Virus record (IMG/VR): IMGVR_UViG_3300018083_000029
Location: 1-63,733 of that record
Origin: a virus
Taxonomy: Duplodnaviria > Caudoviricetes
Direction: 5' to 3' (one strand)
DNA: 63,733 nt
Positions 1 to 8,869 of this stretch are shown piece after piece. Each line of letters starts with the position of its first letter. The first letter of the stretch is position 1. A program made the position numbers and the translations under genes. The notes below the pieces were generated by a model. It was not told the DNA's origin, ran no database searches, and worked only from the letters and a program-made list of their open reading frames with translations.

Positions 1-7
1 AACCGAC
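1..7. repeat. Terminal overlap AACCGAC identical to 63727..63733 (circular assembly)
   Basis: Same 7-mer at both ends, and the portal frame is preserved across the join. Confidence 0.8.
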
Positions 8-1375
8 AGTAGAGAGACTTTAGGAGGGCTCCGTTTAAAAAATAACAACGCTGGAACAAGGCTCACAGACCGTCAGAACGAAGTAGCGCGCTTCGCTCGC
101 GATACAATAAGAATAGTCGCAGAGATTATCGCTAAGCACTTTAGCGATGAAACTCTAATTAAATCCAGTGGTGTGCTCTTAGAAGATGAGTTACAGCCTG
201 CTGCAATAATGGAAGAATTAGAAAACCCGATACCAAAACAACAACCGCAAAAACCAAATCCCGGTGGCGCGCTTGGGGGCGCTGCCGGTGCAGGGGGAGG
301 CATGCCACAGGCTCCTGGCGGGCCTCCCCCGCCCAATCCTGTTGGACCTCCAGGTATGCCGCCACAGCCTCCAATGCCACATCCTATGCCCCCGCCTGGA
401 CCGCCTATGGGACCTCCTATGCCTGCACCACAGGCACCACAACCGGGTCAGCCGCCCGGTGGTAATGTAATTCCGTTCCCTGGTGGAATGGGAATGATGC
501 CGCCCCCGCCGCCTGATCCTAAGATGATAATAGCCGAGCGCGTACAATCAGCTATTGACCTCTTACGTAACGACATAGAGCGTGGCTACAGGATAGACAT
601 AGAAACAGACTCCACTATCTTTGGCGATCAAATGCAAGAACGCCAGGACGTAATTGAGTTTATTACCACTATGACCTCGTTTATCGGTGAAGCCGGTACT
701 ATGGGCCAAGCCATACCCGAATTTGTACCCCTTGCAGGCAAAATGCTACAGTTTGGCTGTAGGCGCTTCAAGGCCGGTAGAGATTTAGAGTCTGCTATCA
801 ATGACTTTACCGAAAAGATGGCGAAAAAGGCTAAACATCTGTCTGAGAATCCGCAGCCAACACCTGAAGAACAAAAGGCTCAAGCAGAAATTCAACAGAC
901 TATGCTTGAGTCTCAGATGCAGCAAAAGAATGACGAGCGTGATGCTCAGAAACAAGCTGCAAACGATCAGCGCGAGTTCCAGATTAAACAGGCTGAAGAT
1001 CAGCGCGAAGCTCAAAAGATGCAGATGGAAATGGGCATAGCTCAACAGGAAGCAGCCCAAAAACAAGAAGAAATGCGCATGGAAATGGAGTTTAAACAGC
1101 AAGAACATGCCATTAGAATGAAGGAATTAGAGGCTGATTTATATAAATCCCATCAAGACCACCAGATGAAACAACAAGAAATGGGGATGAAGCAGCAAGA
1201 AATGTCCATGAACTTAGAGCATAAAGAAAAAGAACACACCATGGACATTAAACAACAAGAAAAGCAAGGTGAATTAGACGAAAAAGCTCTTGCGCACAAA
1301 GAAAAAGAGCAAAATATGAAGCACAAAGAAAGAATGAAACCTAAGCCCAAAGCAAAGCCGAAGGCCAAAAAATGA
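2..1375 (+). CDS. Portal protein, C-terminal part (continues from 62342..63733 across the circular junction)
   Basis: Frame is open from position 2 (TDSRETLGGLRLKNNNAGTRL) and joins DILRGTTD at the window end. Contains YRIDIETDSTI, a Pro-rich insert and a Q/E/K/M coiled-coil tail; lies between terL and scaffold/capsid. Confidence 0.85.
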   Translation, partial: TDSRETLGGLRLKNNNAGTRLTDRQNEVARFARDTIRIVAEIIAKHFSDETLIKSSGVLLEDELQPAAIMEELENPIPKQQPQKPNPGGALGGAAGAGGGMPQAPGGPPPPNPVGPPGMPPQPPMPHPMPPPGPPMGPPMPAPQAPQPGQPPGGNVIPFPGGMGMMPPPPPDPKMIIAERVQSAIDLLRNDIERGYRIDIETDSTIFGDQMQERQDVIEFITTMTSFIGEAGTMGQAIPEFVPLAGKMLQFGCRRFKAGRDLESAINDFTEKMAKKAKHLSENPQPTPEEQKAQAEIQQTMLESQMQQKNDERDAQKQAANDQREFQIKQAEDQREAQKMQMEMGIAQQEAAQKQEEMRMEMEFKQQEHAIRMKELEADLYKSHQDHQMKQQEMGMKQQEMSMNLEHKEKEHTMDIKQQEKQGELDEKALAHKEKEQNMKHKERMKPKPKAKPKAKK

Positions 1376-1599
1376 ACACGCAAGAAATAGATAAAATAGT
1401 CACGGATCGGCTTCGATCTCACAATTTAATCCCTGTTGGGAAAATACACCAATCGGCGCCGTTTTACTATAGGTTTTTTACTACTAGCAACCGAGTGGGG
1501 AATTGGGGAACTATAGAGATATCTATCAAAAGAGAAGAAGATATCGAAGCCAAGATTATTGATTGTGTAACCCGTTATCAGAGGATGATTGCCCGGTGA
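1372..1599 (+). CDS. Hypothetical protein
   Basis: 75-aa ORF with ATGA overlap on the portal stop. Confidence 0.55.
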   Translation: MNTQEIDKIVTDRLRSHNLIPVGKIHQSAPFYYRFFTTSNRVGNWGTIEISIKREEDIEAKIIDCVTRYQRMIAR

Positions 1600-2000
1600 C
1601 TGTATATAGACACCAACCCGATAACCCCATGGCTAATGAGCGTGGGATGGTGACTCTAGAAAATTACTATCAGTATAAATATATGTATGAAGACGACAAA
1701 AGAGCTGTAATTGGTAACCAAGTCGTAGAATTACAGTTTATTACTGATGGTATGAATGAGACTTGGCACCCAGCCAATGGCAAATATTACACCTCTAAGA
1801 AGCGCTTTAGGGACGAAACTAAAGCTCGCGGCTGCATAGAAGTAGGTAATGAGATAAAAGAGAAGCTTAAGCCCCGTAAACACATTAGAGCTTCAAAACG
1901 ACAAAGGAGAGATGATATAAAGAGAGCCCTATGGGAAGTCCGCAACGGACAAAATACTTATCATGGAACCGAATACGAGAATGTTTTTAAGAAGAAATGA
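1596..2000 (+). CDS. Hypothetical phage protein (head module)
   Basis: GTGA overlap with the previous stop; HPANGKYYTSKKRFRDETKARGCIEVGNE resembles a small protein often seen between portal and scaffold. Confidence 0.65.
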   Translation: MTVYRHQPDNPMANERGMVTLENYYQYKYMYEDDKRAVIGNQVVELQFITDGMNETWHPANGKYYTSKKRFRDETKARGCIEVGNEIKEKLKPRKHIRASKRQRRDDIKRALWEVRNGQNTYHGTEYENVFKKK

Positions 2001-2056
2001 TCTTAAAAATGTTTATAGGTTGACTATCTTTATAGCCCCCAAGTAGGAATAGAGCC

Positions 2057-3235
2057 ATGGCAAAAGATACCCCAGAAGTCGAAGTTTTCGAGCAGCCGTC
2101 AGTGCGCGACTCGATTATTGCTGCGCGTGAGGAAGTAGATGCCCAAGACAAAAACAGAGAAGATGACGAAGTTAAAAGAGACGATGGCCCGGCGCGCGAA
2201 GACAAAGAAGACAGACAAGACAAAAAAGAAGTCAAAGCCAAGCCAGTCAGTAAATCCGAGTCCGAGCCCGACGACGAAACAACCGACGATAGCGGAGACG
2301 CTGAACCAGTTGTCGAAGAACCGAAAGTCAGCGATAAGACTGAGGTAAAGACTAAAGCTCCAGTTGGATGGACTAAAGAAGCTAAAGCAGAGTGGGCAAA
2401 GCTTCCAGAACACGTTAGAGCGTCTATTGCCAAGCGTGAAAAGGAAGTTTCCGATGGTTTTGCGGGCACAAAGCAAGCCACAGAACGATTAAGAGAATTT
2501 GATACCGTCATAGCGCCTCATATGCCAGCTATTCAACAGTTTGGCGTATCTCCAGCGCAAACGGTAGGCAAGTTGTTTGAATGGTTTACAGTGTTAAGCC
2601 ATCCGAACAAACAGGTGCGGCAAGATGGCTTCAAGATTCTTGCCAAAAACTTTGGAATAGACACACAGGAATTTGCCCCTCAACGGCAGGTTCAAGACGA
2701 TCCGCAGCAGTATCAAGAACCAGAACAGAACAACCAGAATGATAGTCCACCTGCATGGGCTCAATCATTAATTGAGCGTCAGCAGCAATTGGATGGCATG
2801 CTGTCTACTCAAAAGCAGCAAGCTACCCAGGATTATGTTAATTCTTGGGCTTATGCCAAAGACGCAAAAGGTGAATTAATACGTCCACACTATGAGAAAG
2901 TTAGAGTGGCAATCGCTGCTTTAATTGGTCAAGGTGTGGTCCCCTTAGAAGCTGGCCAAATAACTCAGGATGTAATGCAGAAAGCTTATGAAAAAGCTAT
3001 CCGCGTTGATGATGAGGTTTGGGCTCAGGTTCAAGAGGAACAGCAGGAAGCAGCGGAAGCTAAAAAACAAGCTGAAGCTGTTAAGAGAGCAGCGGCTGCA
3101 AGAGCGGCTAAAGCCAAAGCTGTAAGTATTAAACCCGGTGCGCCTACGCTTAACGGCGCTAAATCTGGCAAGCCCAATGGTAAGGTTTCTGTTCGAGATA
3201 GTATTGATGCTGCCATCAAAGAAGCAATGGGATAA
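2057..3235 (+). CDS. Capsid scaffolding protein
   Basis: Acidic, helical, low-complexity 392 aa with APVGWTKEAKAEWAKLP motif; directly upstream of the capsid gene. Confidence 0.8.
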   Translation: MAKDTPEVEVFEQPSVRDSIIAAREEVDAQDKNREDDEVKRDDGPAREDKEDRQDKKEVKAKPVSKSESEPDDETTDDSGDAEPVVEEPKVSDKTEVKTKAPVGWTKEAKAEWAKLPEHVRASIAKREKEVSDGFAGTKQATERLREFDTVIAPHMPAIQQFGVSPAQTVGKLFEWFTVLSHPNKQVRQDGFKILAKNFGIDTQEFAPQRQVQDDPQQYQEPEQNNQNDSPPAWAQSLIERQQQLDGMLSTQKQQATQDYVNSWAYAKDAKGELIRPHYEKVRVAIAALIGQGVVPLEAGQITQDVMQKAYEKAIRVDDEVWAQVQEEQQEAAEAKKQAEAVKRAAAARAAKAKAVSIKPGAPTLNGAKSGKPNGKVSVRDSIDAAIKEAMG

Positions 3236-3252
3236 CTTAGAGAGAAACAACG

Positions 3253-4284
3253 ATGGCGTTTCCCAATCTTTCAGAAATCACGACTACTACCCTGCGTAAT
3301 CGCACAGGCGTATTACAGGATAACGTAAGTCGTAACAACGCACTTCTGATGAGGCTCAACCGTAAGGGTCGCATCAAGACTTTCTCTGGCGGTCGTACTA
3401 TTGTTCAGGAACTGAACTACGCCAACAATAGCACGTTCCTCTGGTATTCTGGTTATCAGACCTTAAACATCAATCCTTCGCAGGTGTTCACTGCGGCGGA
3501 GTATCCGATCCGTCAGGCTGCTCTGGCGATCTCTATTAGCGGACTTGAGGAGTTACAGAACTCTGGCGAGGAAGCTATTATTGATCTGTTAGAGGGTCGC
3601 GTCGAGAACGGCGAACAGACCTTCATGAACGGTCTCTCGAATGGTGTTTATGGTGACGGGTCTGTCACTGGTTCTATTGGTGGTCTACAGCTCCTTATCG
3701 CTGCTAGCCCTGCCACTGGTACTGTTGGTGGTATCGACCGTGCATCATGGCCGTTCTGGCGCAATATTAGCTTCTCCGCTCTGACTACTGGCGGTGCAGC
3801 AACATCGGAAGCGAATATCCTTAACTATATGAACCGTACTTGGGTTCAGGTTGTTCGTGGCCGTGACTTCCCTGATCTGATTGTCGCCGACAATAACATG
3901 TTCACTTTCTACATGCAGGCGTTACAGTCGATTCAGCGTATCCAGACTGAGAATGGCGCTCCCGATATGGCTGAGGCTGGTTTCCAGACTCTTAAGTATC
4001 TTAGCGCAGACGTGGTGTTGGATGGTGGATTCCAGGGTTTCGCGGGCGATCCGCTTCCCCCGGAATTATCTTCTAGCTCTAGTGCAGTTGGTGGTGTTCC
4101 GGCTTCTACAATGTATTTCTGCAATACAAACTATTTACATTGGAGGCCGCATAGCCAGAGAAATATGGTTCCTTTAGACCCGGATCGTTTCTCTGTAAAC
4201 CAAGATGCGATGGTTCGTCTGTTAGGCTGGGCTGGTAACGCCACTCTGTCTAACGCGTTCCTCCAGAGCACAATCACCACGTAA
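3253..4284 (+). CDS. Major capsid protein
   Basis: 343 aa; MAFPNLSEITTTTLRNR...DNVSRNNALL and GTVGGIDRA motifs resemble podophage capsid proteins; follows the scaffold. Confidence 0.9.
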   Translation: MAFPNLSEITTTTLRNRTGVLQDNVSRNNALLMRLNRKGRIKTFSGGRTIVQELNYANNSTFLWYSGYQTLNINPSQVFTAAEYPIRQAALAISISGLEELQNSGEEAIIDLLEGRVENGEQTFMNGLSNGVYGDGSVTGSIGGLQLLIAASPATGTVGGIDRASWPFWRNISFSALTTGGAATSEANILNYMNRTWVQVVRGRDFPDLIVADNNMFTFYMQALQSIQRIQTENGAPDMAEAGFQTLKYLSADVVLDGGFQGFAGDPLPPELSSSSSAVGGVPASTMYFCNTNYLHWRPHSQRNMVPLDPDRFSVNQDAMVRLLGWAGNATLSNAFLQSTITT

Positions 4285-4311
4285 TACGCTAAACTAAGCG
4301 AGGTACTAAAC

Positions 4312-4953
4312 ATGACTATTCTTTCTCGGTGGTACACCATGGATAACAAGTTGGGGGTAAACCTCAACGTTGTTTCATCCTTTGGTCCCGTTAGTGTTTC
4401 TGACAGTGGTGACGCTCTTGCGTATCCTGATCCTATTGGATACATGCCAAAGCTTGGCGACCGCGTACAGGGTAATAACGGCTCTGAATGGATGTACGTT
4501 AAAGCCGGTTTGACAGTTACTGCGTTTAATGCAGTAGCTATTAACCCGAACTTTAGCGTACAGAACTTAGCCGCGTCGCTTATTACTTCTAACGCTTATA
4601 GCTATGGCGTTGCACAGTTCCAGCCGGTAAACGTATCTGTTGGTGCTGCTGGCGGTGGCGTTGCTAATGCTGGTGAGTTCTTCTGGGCGCTCCTGAAGGC
4701 TAATTCTGGCATTCGCATTAACGCAACTGGTACTAACTCTCCCGGAGATGGTCTGTATATCTCTATGACCAACTCTGGTCGTGTTGCTGGTGCTAGCTCG
4801 ATTGGTCTTATCGCAAGTGGCGGTAGGCTCAATGGACTTATGTTCCTTGGTAGCGTTTCTATCGACGCTATTACGGCTAGCTCGTCGGCTTCTGAGTTTG
4901 GTATGTTTAGCTACATTGCTCCCGCCGGTCAGTGGGCTGCAATCACTGTCTAA
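4312..4953 (+). CDS. Capsid decoration/cement-like protein
   Basis: G/A/S-rich 213 aa right after the capsid gene, with LGDRVQGNNGSEWMYVKA and GEFFWA motifs. Confidence 0.65.
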   Translation: MTILSRWYTMDNKLGVNLNVVSSFGPVSVSDSGDALAYPDPIGYMPKLGDRVQGNNGSEWMYVKAGLTVTAFNAVAINPNFSVQNLAASLITSNAYSYGVAQFQPVNVSVGAAGGGVANAGEFFWALLKANSGIRINATGTNSPGDGLYISMTNSGRVAGASSIGLIASGGRLNGLMFLGSVSIDAITASSSASEFGMFSYIAPAGQWAAITV

Positions 4954-4954
4954 C

Positions 4955-5878
4955 ATGAAAACGTACCAAGAAGTACAGGTAGAAGACAAGATCGCCAGAG
5001 TTTATCCTGGCGATTTTGTTAAATTACAAGACGTACAAACTAATGCGGCTACTCCATCTACTGTAGCTATTGAAAACATAAAGAAAAATTTAAAGTTAAA
5101 TCTACATAAATTAGAATTCTTACCCGAATTTAATAAAGTTAAAGGGCATAATGTCCCTATAGCTGTAGTTGGTGGCGGCCCATCCCTAAAGAATCACTTA
5201 GAAGAACTAAAGCAATTTAGGACTATTATTGCTTGTGGCTCTGTCCACGATTATTTAATATCTAATGGTATTATACCTACTTACGCTACTATATGCGATC
5301 CTGACAAAATAAGTCTCAATTACTTTAAAAACCCGCACACAGAAACAAAATATTTACTCTCAACTGGTGTGGATGAAAGTATTATTGAGCATTTTAAAGC
5401 CAACCATAATCAAATTATACTTTGGCACTGTCACAGTGCAGATTATGACGTTAAAGAAATAGAGAAATTAGAGGGCAGAGAGTATCAGGCCATCAGTGGT
5501 GGTTGCACAGTAGGCTTGAGGTCTATTAATATAGCTATAATGATGGGGTATAGTAACTTACATATTTTTGGCTTTGATAGTTCTATGAGTGATGAAGAGT
5601 GCCACGCATATAAAGTAAGTGAAGAAGAAAAAGACAGTTTTGGTAAAATATGGCAACTCAAACTAAGAGATTTAAAAAGGGATGATGGACAAGGTCCAGG
5701 GGATAAAGTATATAATTGCTTAGGGTATCAATTAGCTCAGGCTGATAACTTTAAGAACTTCTATTTTAGCTTTGGCAGGCTATTTACACCTACTTTTCAC
5801 GGAGATGGATTACTCCCTGATTTATTCCAACTAATGTTAGAGTCTATAGGGGCAGAAGTAGTGCCGGGGGCGGCATGA
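4955..5878 (+). CDS. Maf/DUF115 (MAF_flag10, MptE-like) family putative CMP-nonulosonate glycosyltransferase 1
   Basis: IAVVGGGPSL...IIACGSVHDYL...GIIPTYATICDP and GGCTVGLRSINIAIMMGYSNLHIFGFDSS match the Maf/CstII-like GT-A pattern. ATG 4955 chosen, 1 nt after the upstream stop. Confidence 0.8.
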   Translation: MKTYQEVQVEDKIARVYPGDFVKLQDVQTNAATPSTVAIENIKKNLKLNLHKLEFLPEFNKVKGHNVPIAVVGGGPSLKNHLEELKQFRTIIACGSVHDYLISNGIIPTYATICDPDKISLNYFKNPHTETKYLLSTGVDESIIEHFKANHNQIILWHCHSADYDVKEIEKLEGREYQAISGGCTVGLRSINIAIMMGYSNLHIFGFDSSMSDEECHAYKVSEEEKDSFGKIWQLKLRDLKRDDGQGPGDKVYNCLGYQLAQADNFKNFYFSFGRLFTPTFHGDGLLPDLFQLMLESIGAEVVPGAA

Positions 5879-6843
5879 TATTAGATATTCCACATCAAAA
5901 GCTAGATTTTCGTAGTTCTATGTTGGTCCCCTCTGGCCCACAGATGGACGAAGATGAATTTCAAAAATTAGAAGTAGTAAATACCCAAGCAGCTACTCCC
6001 TCTAGCATAACTAAACTCAAAATATTAGATAATTTAAAGCGAAATTTACCTACTTTGCACGGTATGCCAGAGTTCAAGCAAATAAAAAGTGAACCTATAG
6101 CTCTTATAGGGGGAGGGCCGTCTGTATCGAACTATATAGAGGAAATTAAAGGGTTTAAATACACTATCGCCTGTGGGTCTGCACATGACTTTTGCGTTAA
6201 GAACAATATTATTCCTACTTACGCTACTGCTTGCGATCCTGATCCAATTACAGCTAATTATTTGACTAAGCCTCAGATATGGACCAAGTATTTAATAGCT
6301 TCAGGCTGTGATAAGAAGGTATTTGACTATTTAAAAGGGTTCTCCACTTACATTTGGCACTGTCACAGCGACGATTATATGGATATGCGCGCACAAATGG
6401 GTGGCGAATATCAAGCAGTAGGTGGTGGTTGCACAGTTGGACTAAGATCACTATCTATAGCGCTTATGCTGGGGTATTGGGATATCCATTTTTATGGGTT
6501 TGACAGCTGTATGGGCGATAATTTAGAGCACCACGCGTATGATTTTAGTGATGAAACCGAGGAAATAGGGCAAATATACACAGTCAGATTCGGTAATGAG
6601 AAAAACTCATTTAAAGAAAAAGACTATAAATGCGCAGGCTATCAGTTAGCCCAAGCATCGCACTTTAAAGAGTTTTACTCTCAGTATTGTAACGTGTTTA
6701 AACCTACTTTTCACGGGGATGGGCTGCTCCCGGCTATGGTAAGACACATACAAAACGAAGAAGCCCGCTTAGGGCTCTCTAAAACGAACCAAATGGAGAA
6801 TTTAAGAGGGTTATTGAGCCAACCAGAAGGTACAAAGATATGA
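5875..6843 (+). CDS. Maf/DUF115 family putative glycosyltransferase 2
   Basis: IALIGGGPSV...IACGSAHDF...ACDPD and GGCTVGLRSLSIALMLGYWDIHFYGFDS; clear paralogue of 4955..5878. Confidence 0.8.
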   Translation: MILDIPHQKLDFRSSMLVPSGPQMDEDEFQKLEVVNTQAATPSSITKLKILDNLKRNLPTLHGMPEFKQIKSEPIALIGGGPSVSNYIEEIKGFKYTIACGSAHDFCVKNNIIPTYATACDPDPITANYLTKPQIWTKYLIASGCDKKVFDYLKGFSTYIWHCHSDDYMDMRAQMGGEYQAVGGGCTVGLRSLSIALMLGYWDIHFYGFDSCMGDNLEHHAYDFSDETEEIGQIYTVRFGNEKNSFKEKDYKCAGYQLAQASHFKEFYSQYCNVFKPTFHGDGLLPAMVRHIQNEEARLGLSKTNQMENLRGLLSQPEGTKI

Positions 6844-7598
6844 ATGACTTCGCAGGACTAAACAAACCCCAAAGCATCAATTGGAACTCGGCGGCACGCG
6901 ACTACGGAATGGTGAGTTTCGGCAATGATAGCATGTTAAACGTGCTATTTTATACCCGAAGCGTGGTTAACGAGCAGAAATCTCGTGATATGGGTAAGCC
7001 GCACCATGATGCGGTGGAATTTGTGCGTATGCAGCAGCCTGGGGAGGCTTCTACAGTCATTGAGCGCCCTGTCCAGGAAGCAGATAAACATAGGTTCCCT
7101 CGTCAATATACGCTCTATCTTAACAAGAAAGAGCAAATCCCCGAGGGAACCCCTATTGAGTTGTTATTTCCCAATAGCCCTAACGTAGCTGACAATCTTA
7201 AGGGTTGGGGAGTATACACAGTTGAACAGTGTGCAGCTATGAGCCAGCACGCTATTCAGAATATCAATATGGGTGGACAGGACTATCAGAATAGGGCTAA
7301 GAGTTATCTGGAGAATGCGTCTAAAGGCGTTAATTTCCACAAGCAGATCAAAGAGCTTGAGGAAATGAAGTCTAAATATAACGTCCTTCAGCAGAACCAT
7401 AACACGCTCCAGCAGCAGTTTAGTGCTCTTATGGCTAAGTTGGAAGACCCCAACAAGAACGGGTTATCTCCCTCTTGGCAGCCTAACTATGACGCACAGG
7501 CCGAGCGATTAAACTCTAATCATCCTTCGCACGAAGTAGCACAAAAGAAGAAAACCAGAGCGACGACAGCTAAAGCAGAAGAGTTTGGCAGTGAATAA
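6840..7598 (+). CDS. Hypothetical phage protein of the head module
   Basis: 252 aa, overlapping start/stop with both neighbours; C-terminal coiled coil. Confidence 0.7.
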   Translation: MNDFAGLNKPQSINWNSAARDYGMVSFGNDSMLNVLFYTRSVVNEQKSRDMGKPHHDAVEFVRMQQPGEASTVIERPVQEADKHRFPRQYTLYLNKKEQIPEGTPIELLFPNSPNVADNLKGWGVYTVEQCAAMSQHAIQNINMGGQDYQNRAKSYLENASKGVNFHKQIKELEEMKSKYNVLQQNHNTLQQQFSALMAKLEDPNKNGLSPSWQPNYDAQAERLNSNHPSHEVAQKKKTRATTAKAEEFGSE

Positions 7599-8400
7599 GT
7601 TAGACGGTGTCGAAACTGTTCTTGCAGTTAACACCGAAACACTAATAGACCAAATAACAAAAAATACACAACTAGGTCTCACAAACCTAGTTGATGCCCC
7701 TTTCTTTAGAGAAAGCAAGCAAATTGCGTTAGTTGGGGGAGGGCCGTCCTTGTCTAAATACTTGGACGAATTACGTGAGTTTAAAGGTCCAATAGTAGCC
7801 TGCGGGTCAGTACATGATTTTCTGGTTGAAAATGATATTAATATGGATTATTGTATTGTTTGCGACCCTGACCCTATTGTCATTGACTATATGAAGAAAA
7901 AGAACTACACAACTAGATATTTGGTAGCTTCGCAGTGTCATCCAGATGTATTTGAACATCTAAAATTTAGTAATACACATATATGGCACGCAGGCGGAGA
8001 TAACTTAGATATACTAAAAGCTTTTACGGGAGGTTCCGATGTTATCGGTGGTGGATGTACAGTTGGCTCACGGGCTATTATTATTTCTATGTGTCTCGGG
8101 TATAACGATATTTCCCTATTTGGATTTGACTCTAGTTTAAGTAAAGATTTTAAACATCACAGCTACGAGTTCCAAACTAACCAAGAAACTATCGGGAATA
8201 TCACCGAGATAAGATTAAACTCACCTGATGACGCAGAGGTGTTCCATTGTGCTGGATATCACGTAGCACAGCTATTCGACATTAAAAAGATTTTGGAGCT
8301 ATACGCGAGCCGTGTAAGGTTTAGAATCCGATGCGATGGTGCCTTGAGCCACCTGTTTAAACTAGGTATCGAAATATCCGCTCAGAAAAAGGAAACATAA
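7585..8400 (+). CDS. Maf/DUF115 family putative glycosyltransferase 3
   Basis: IALVGGGPSL...IVACGSVHDFL...VCDPD and GGCTVGSRAIIISMCLGYNDISLFGFDSS; third paralogue. Start may be GTG 7591. Confidence 0.8.
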   Translation: MAVNKLDGVETVLAVNTETLIDQITKNTQLGLTNLVDAPFFRESKQIALVGGGPSLSKYLDELREFKGPIVACGSVHDFLVENDINMDYCIVCDPDPIVIDYMKKKNYTTRYLVASQCHPDVFEHLKFSNTHIWHAGGDNLDILKAFTGGSDVIGGGCTVGSRAIIISMCLGYNDISLFGFDSSLSKDFKHHSYEFQTNQETIGNITEIRLNSPDDAEVFHCAGYHVAQLFDIKKILELYASRVRFRIRCDGALSHLFKLGIEISAQKKET

Positions 8401-8401
8401 T

Positions 8402-8845
8402 ATGGCTACCGCACAAAACCTTATGGCCTACGGCATGGCGAGCCCGCTTGCCCGTCGCATGGGCCGCACTCCCGTTATTACCTCTGCTTGTGGCGCTACG
8501 TCCGGTCTGGCCTCGCTTATTGGTGGCGCTCAGTATCTCACCCTAGTAACTATCACGGTCGGTGGCAGCTCGTCTGCGGGCCTCGTTCTGCCGCAGATTG
8601 GTGGACAGGTATCAGCTACTTCTGGCGCGCTTCTCGGTGATGATTTCTTTATTCAAAATAACACCGTCGGTTCTATTCTGATTTTCGCCGCGAATAACGC
8701 TCTCGGCAGCGCTGTTACGCTTTACGGTAATGCTGCGTCGGCGGCTGGCACAACTGGAATTTCAGCGCCTACTGGCCAGTCTGTGTTACTACGCCCAATT
8801 ACGGTTAGCACTTGGGTCTACATGAAGTCTATCGTCTCAGCGTAA
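8402..8845 (+). CDS. Ser/Thr/Gly/Ala-rich putative virion protein
   Basis: 147 aa, very few charged residues, in the structural operon. Confidence 0.65.
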   Translation: MATAQNLMAYGMASPLARRMGRTPVITSACGATSGLASLIGGAQYLTLVTITVGGSSSAGLVLPQIGGQVSATSGALLGDDFFIQNNTVGSILIFAANNALGSAVTLYGNAASAAGTTGISAPTGQSVLLRPITVSTWVYMKSIVSA

Positions 8846-8869
8846 GAATAAACCCCATAGGAGTAAACT

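Noticed and set aside
4955-8400. MptE-like pterin diphosphokinases for cofactor synthesis
   Set aside because: The domain family is shared, but no folate or methanopterin genes are present, whereas a CMP-nonulosonate pathway is. Disfavoured rather than excluded.
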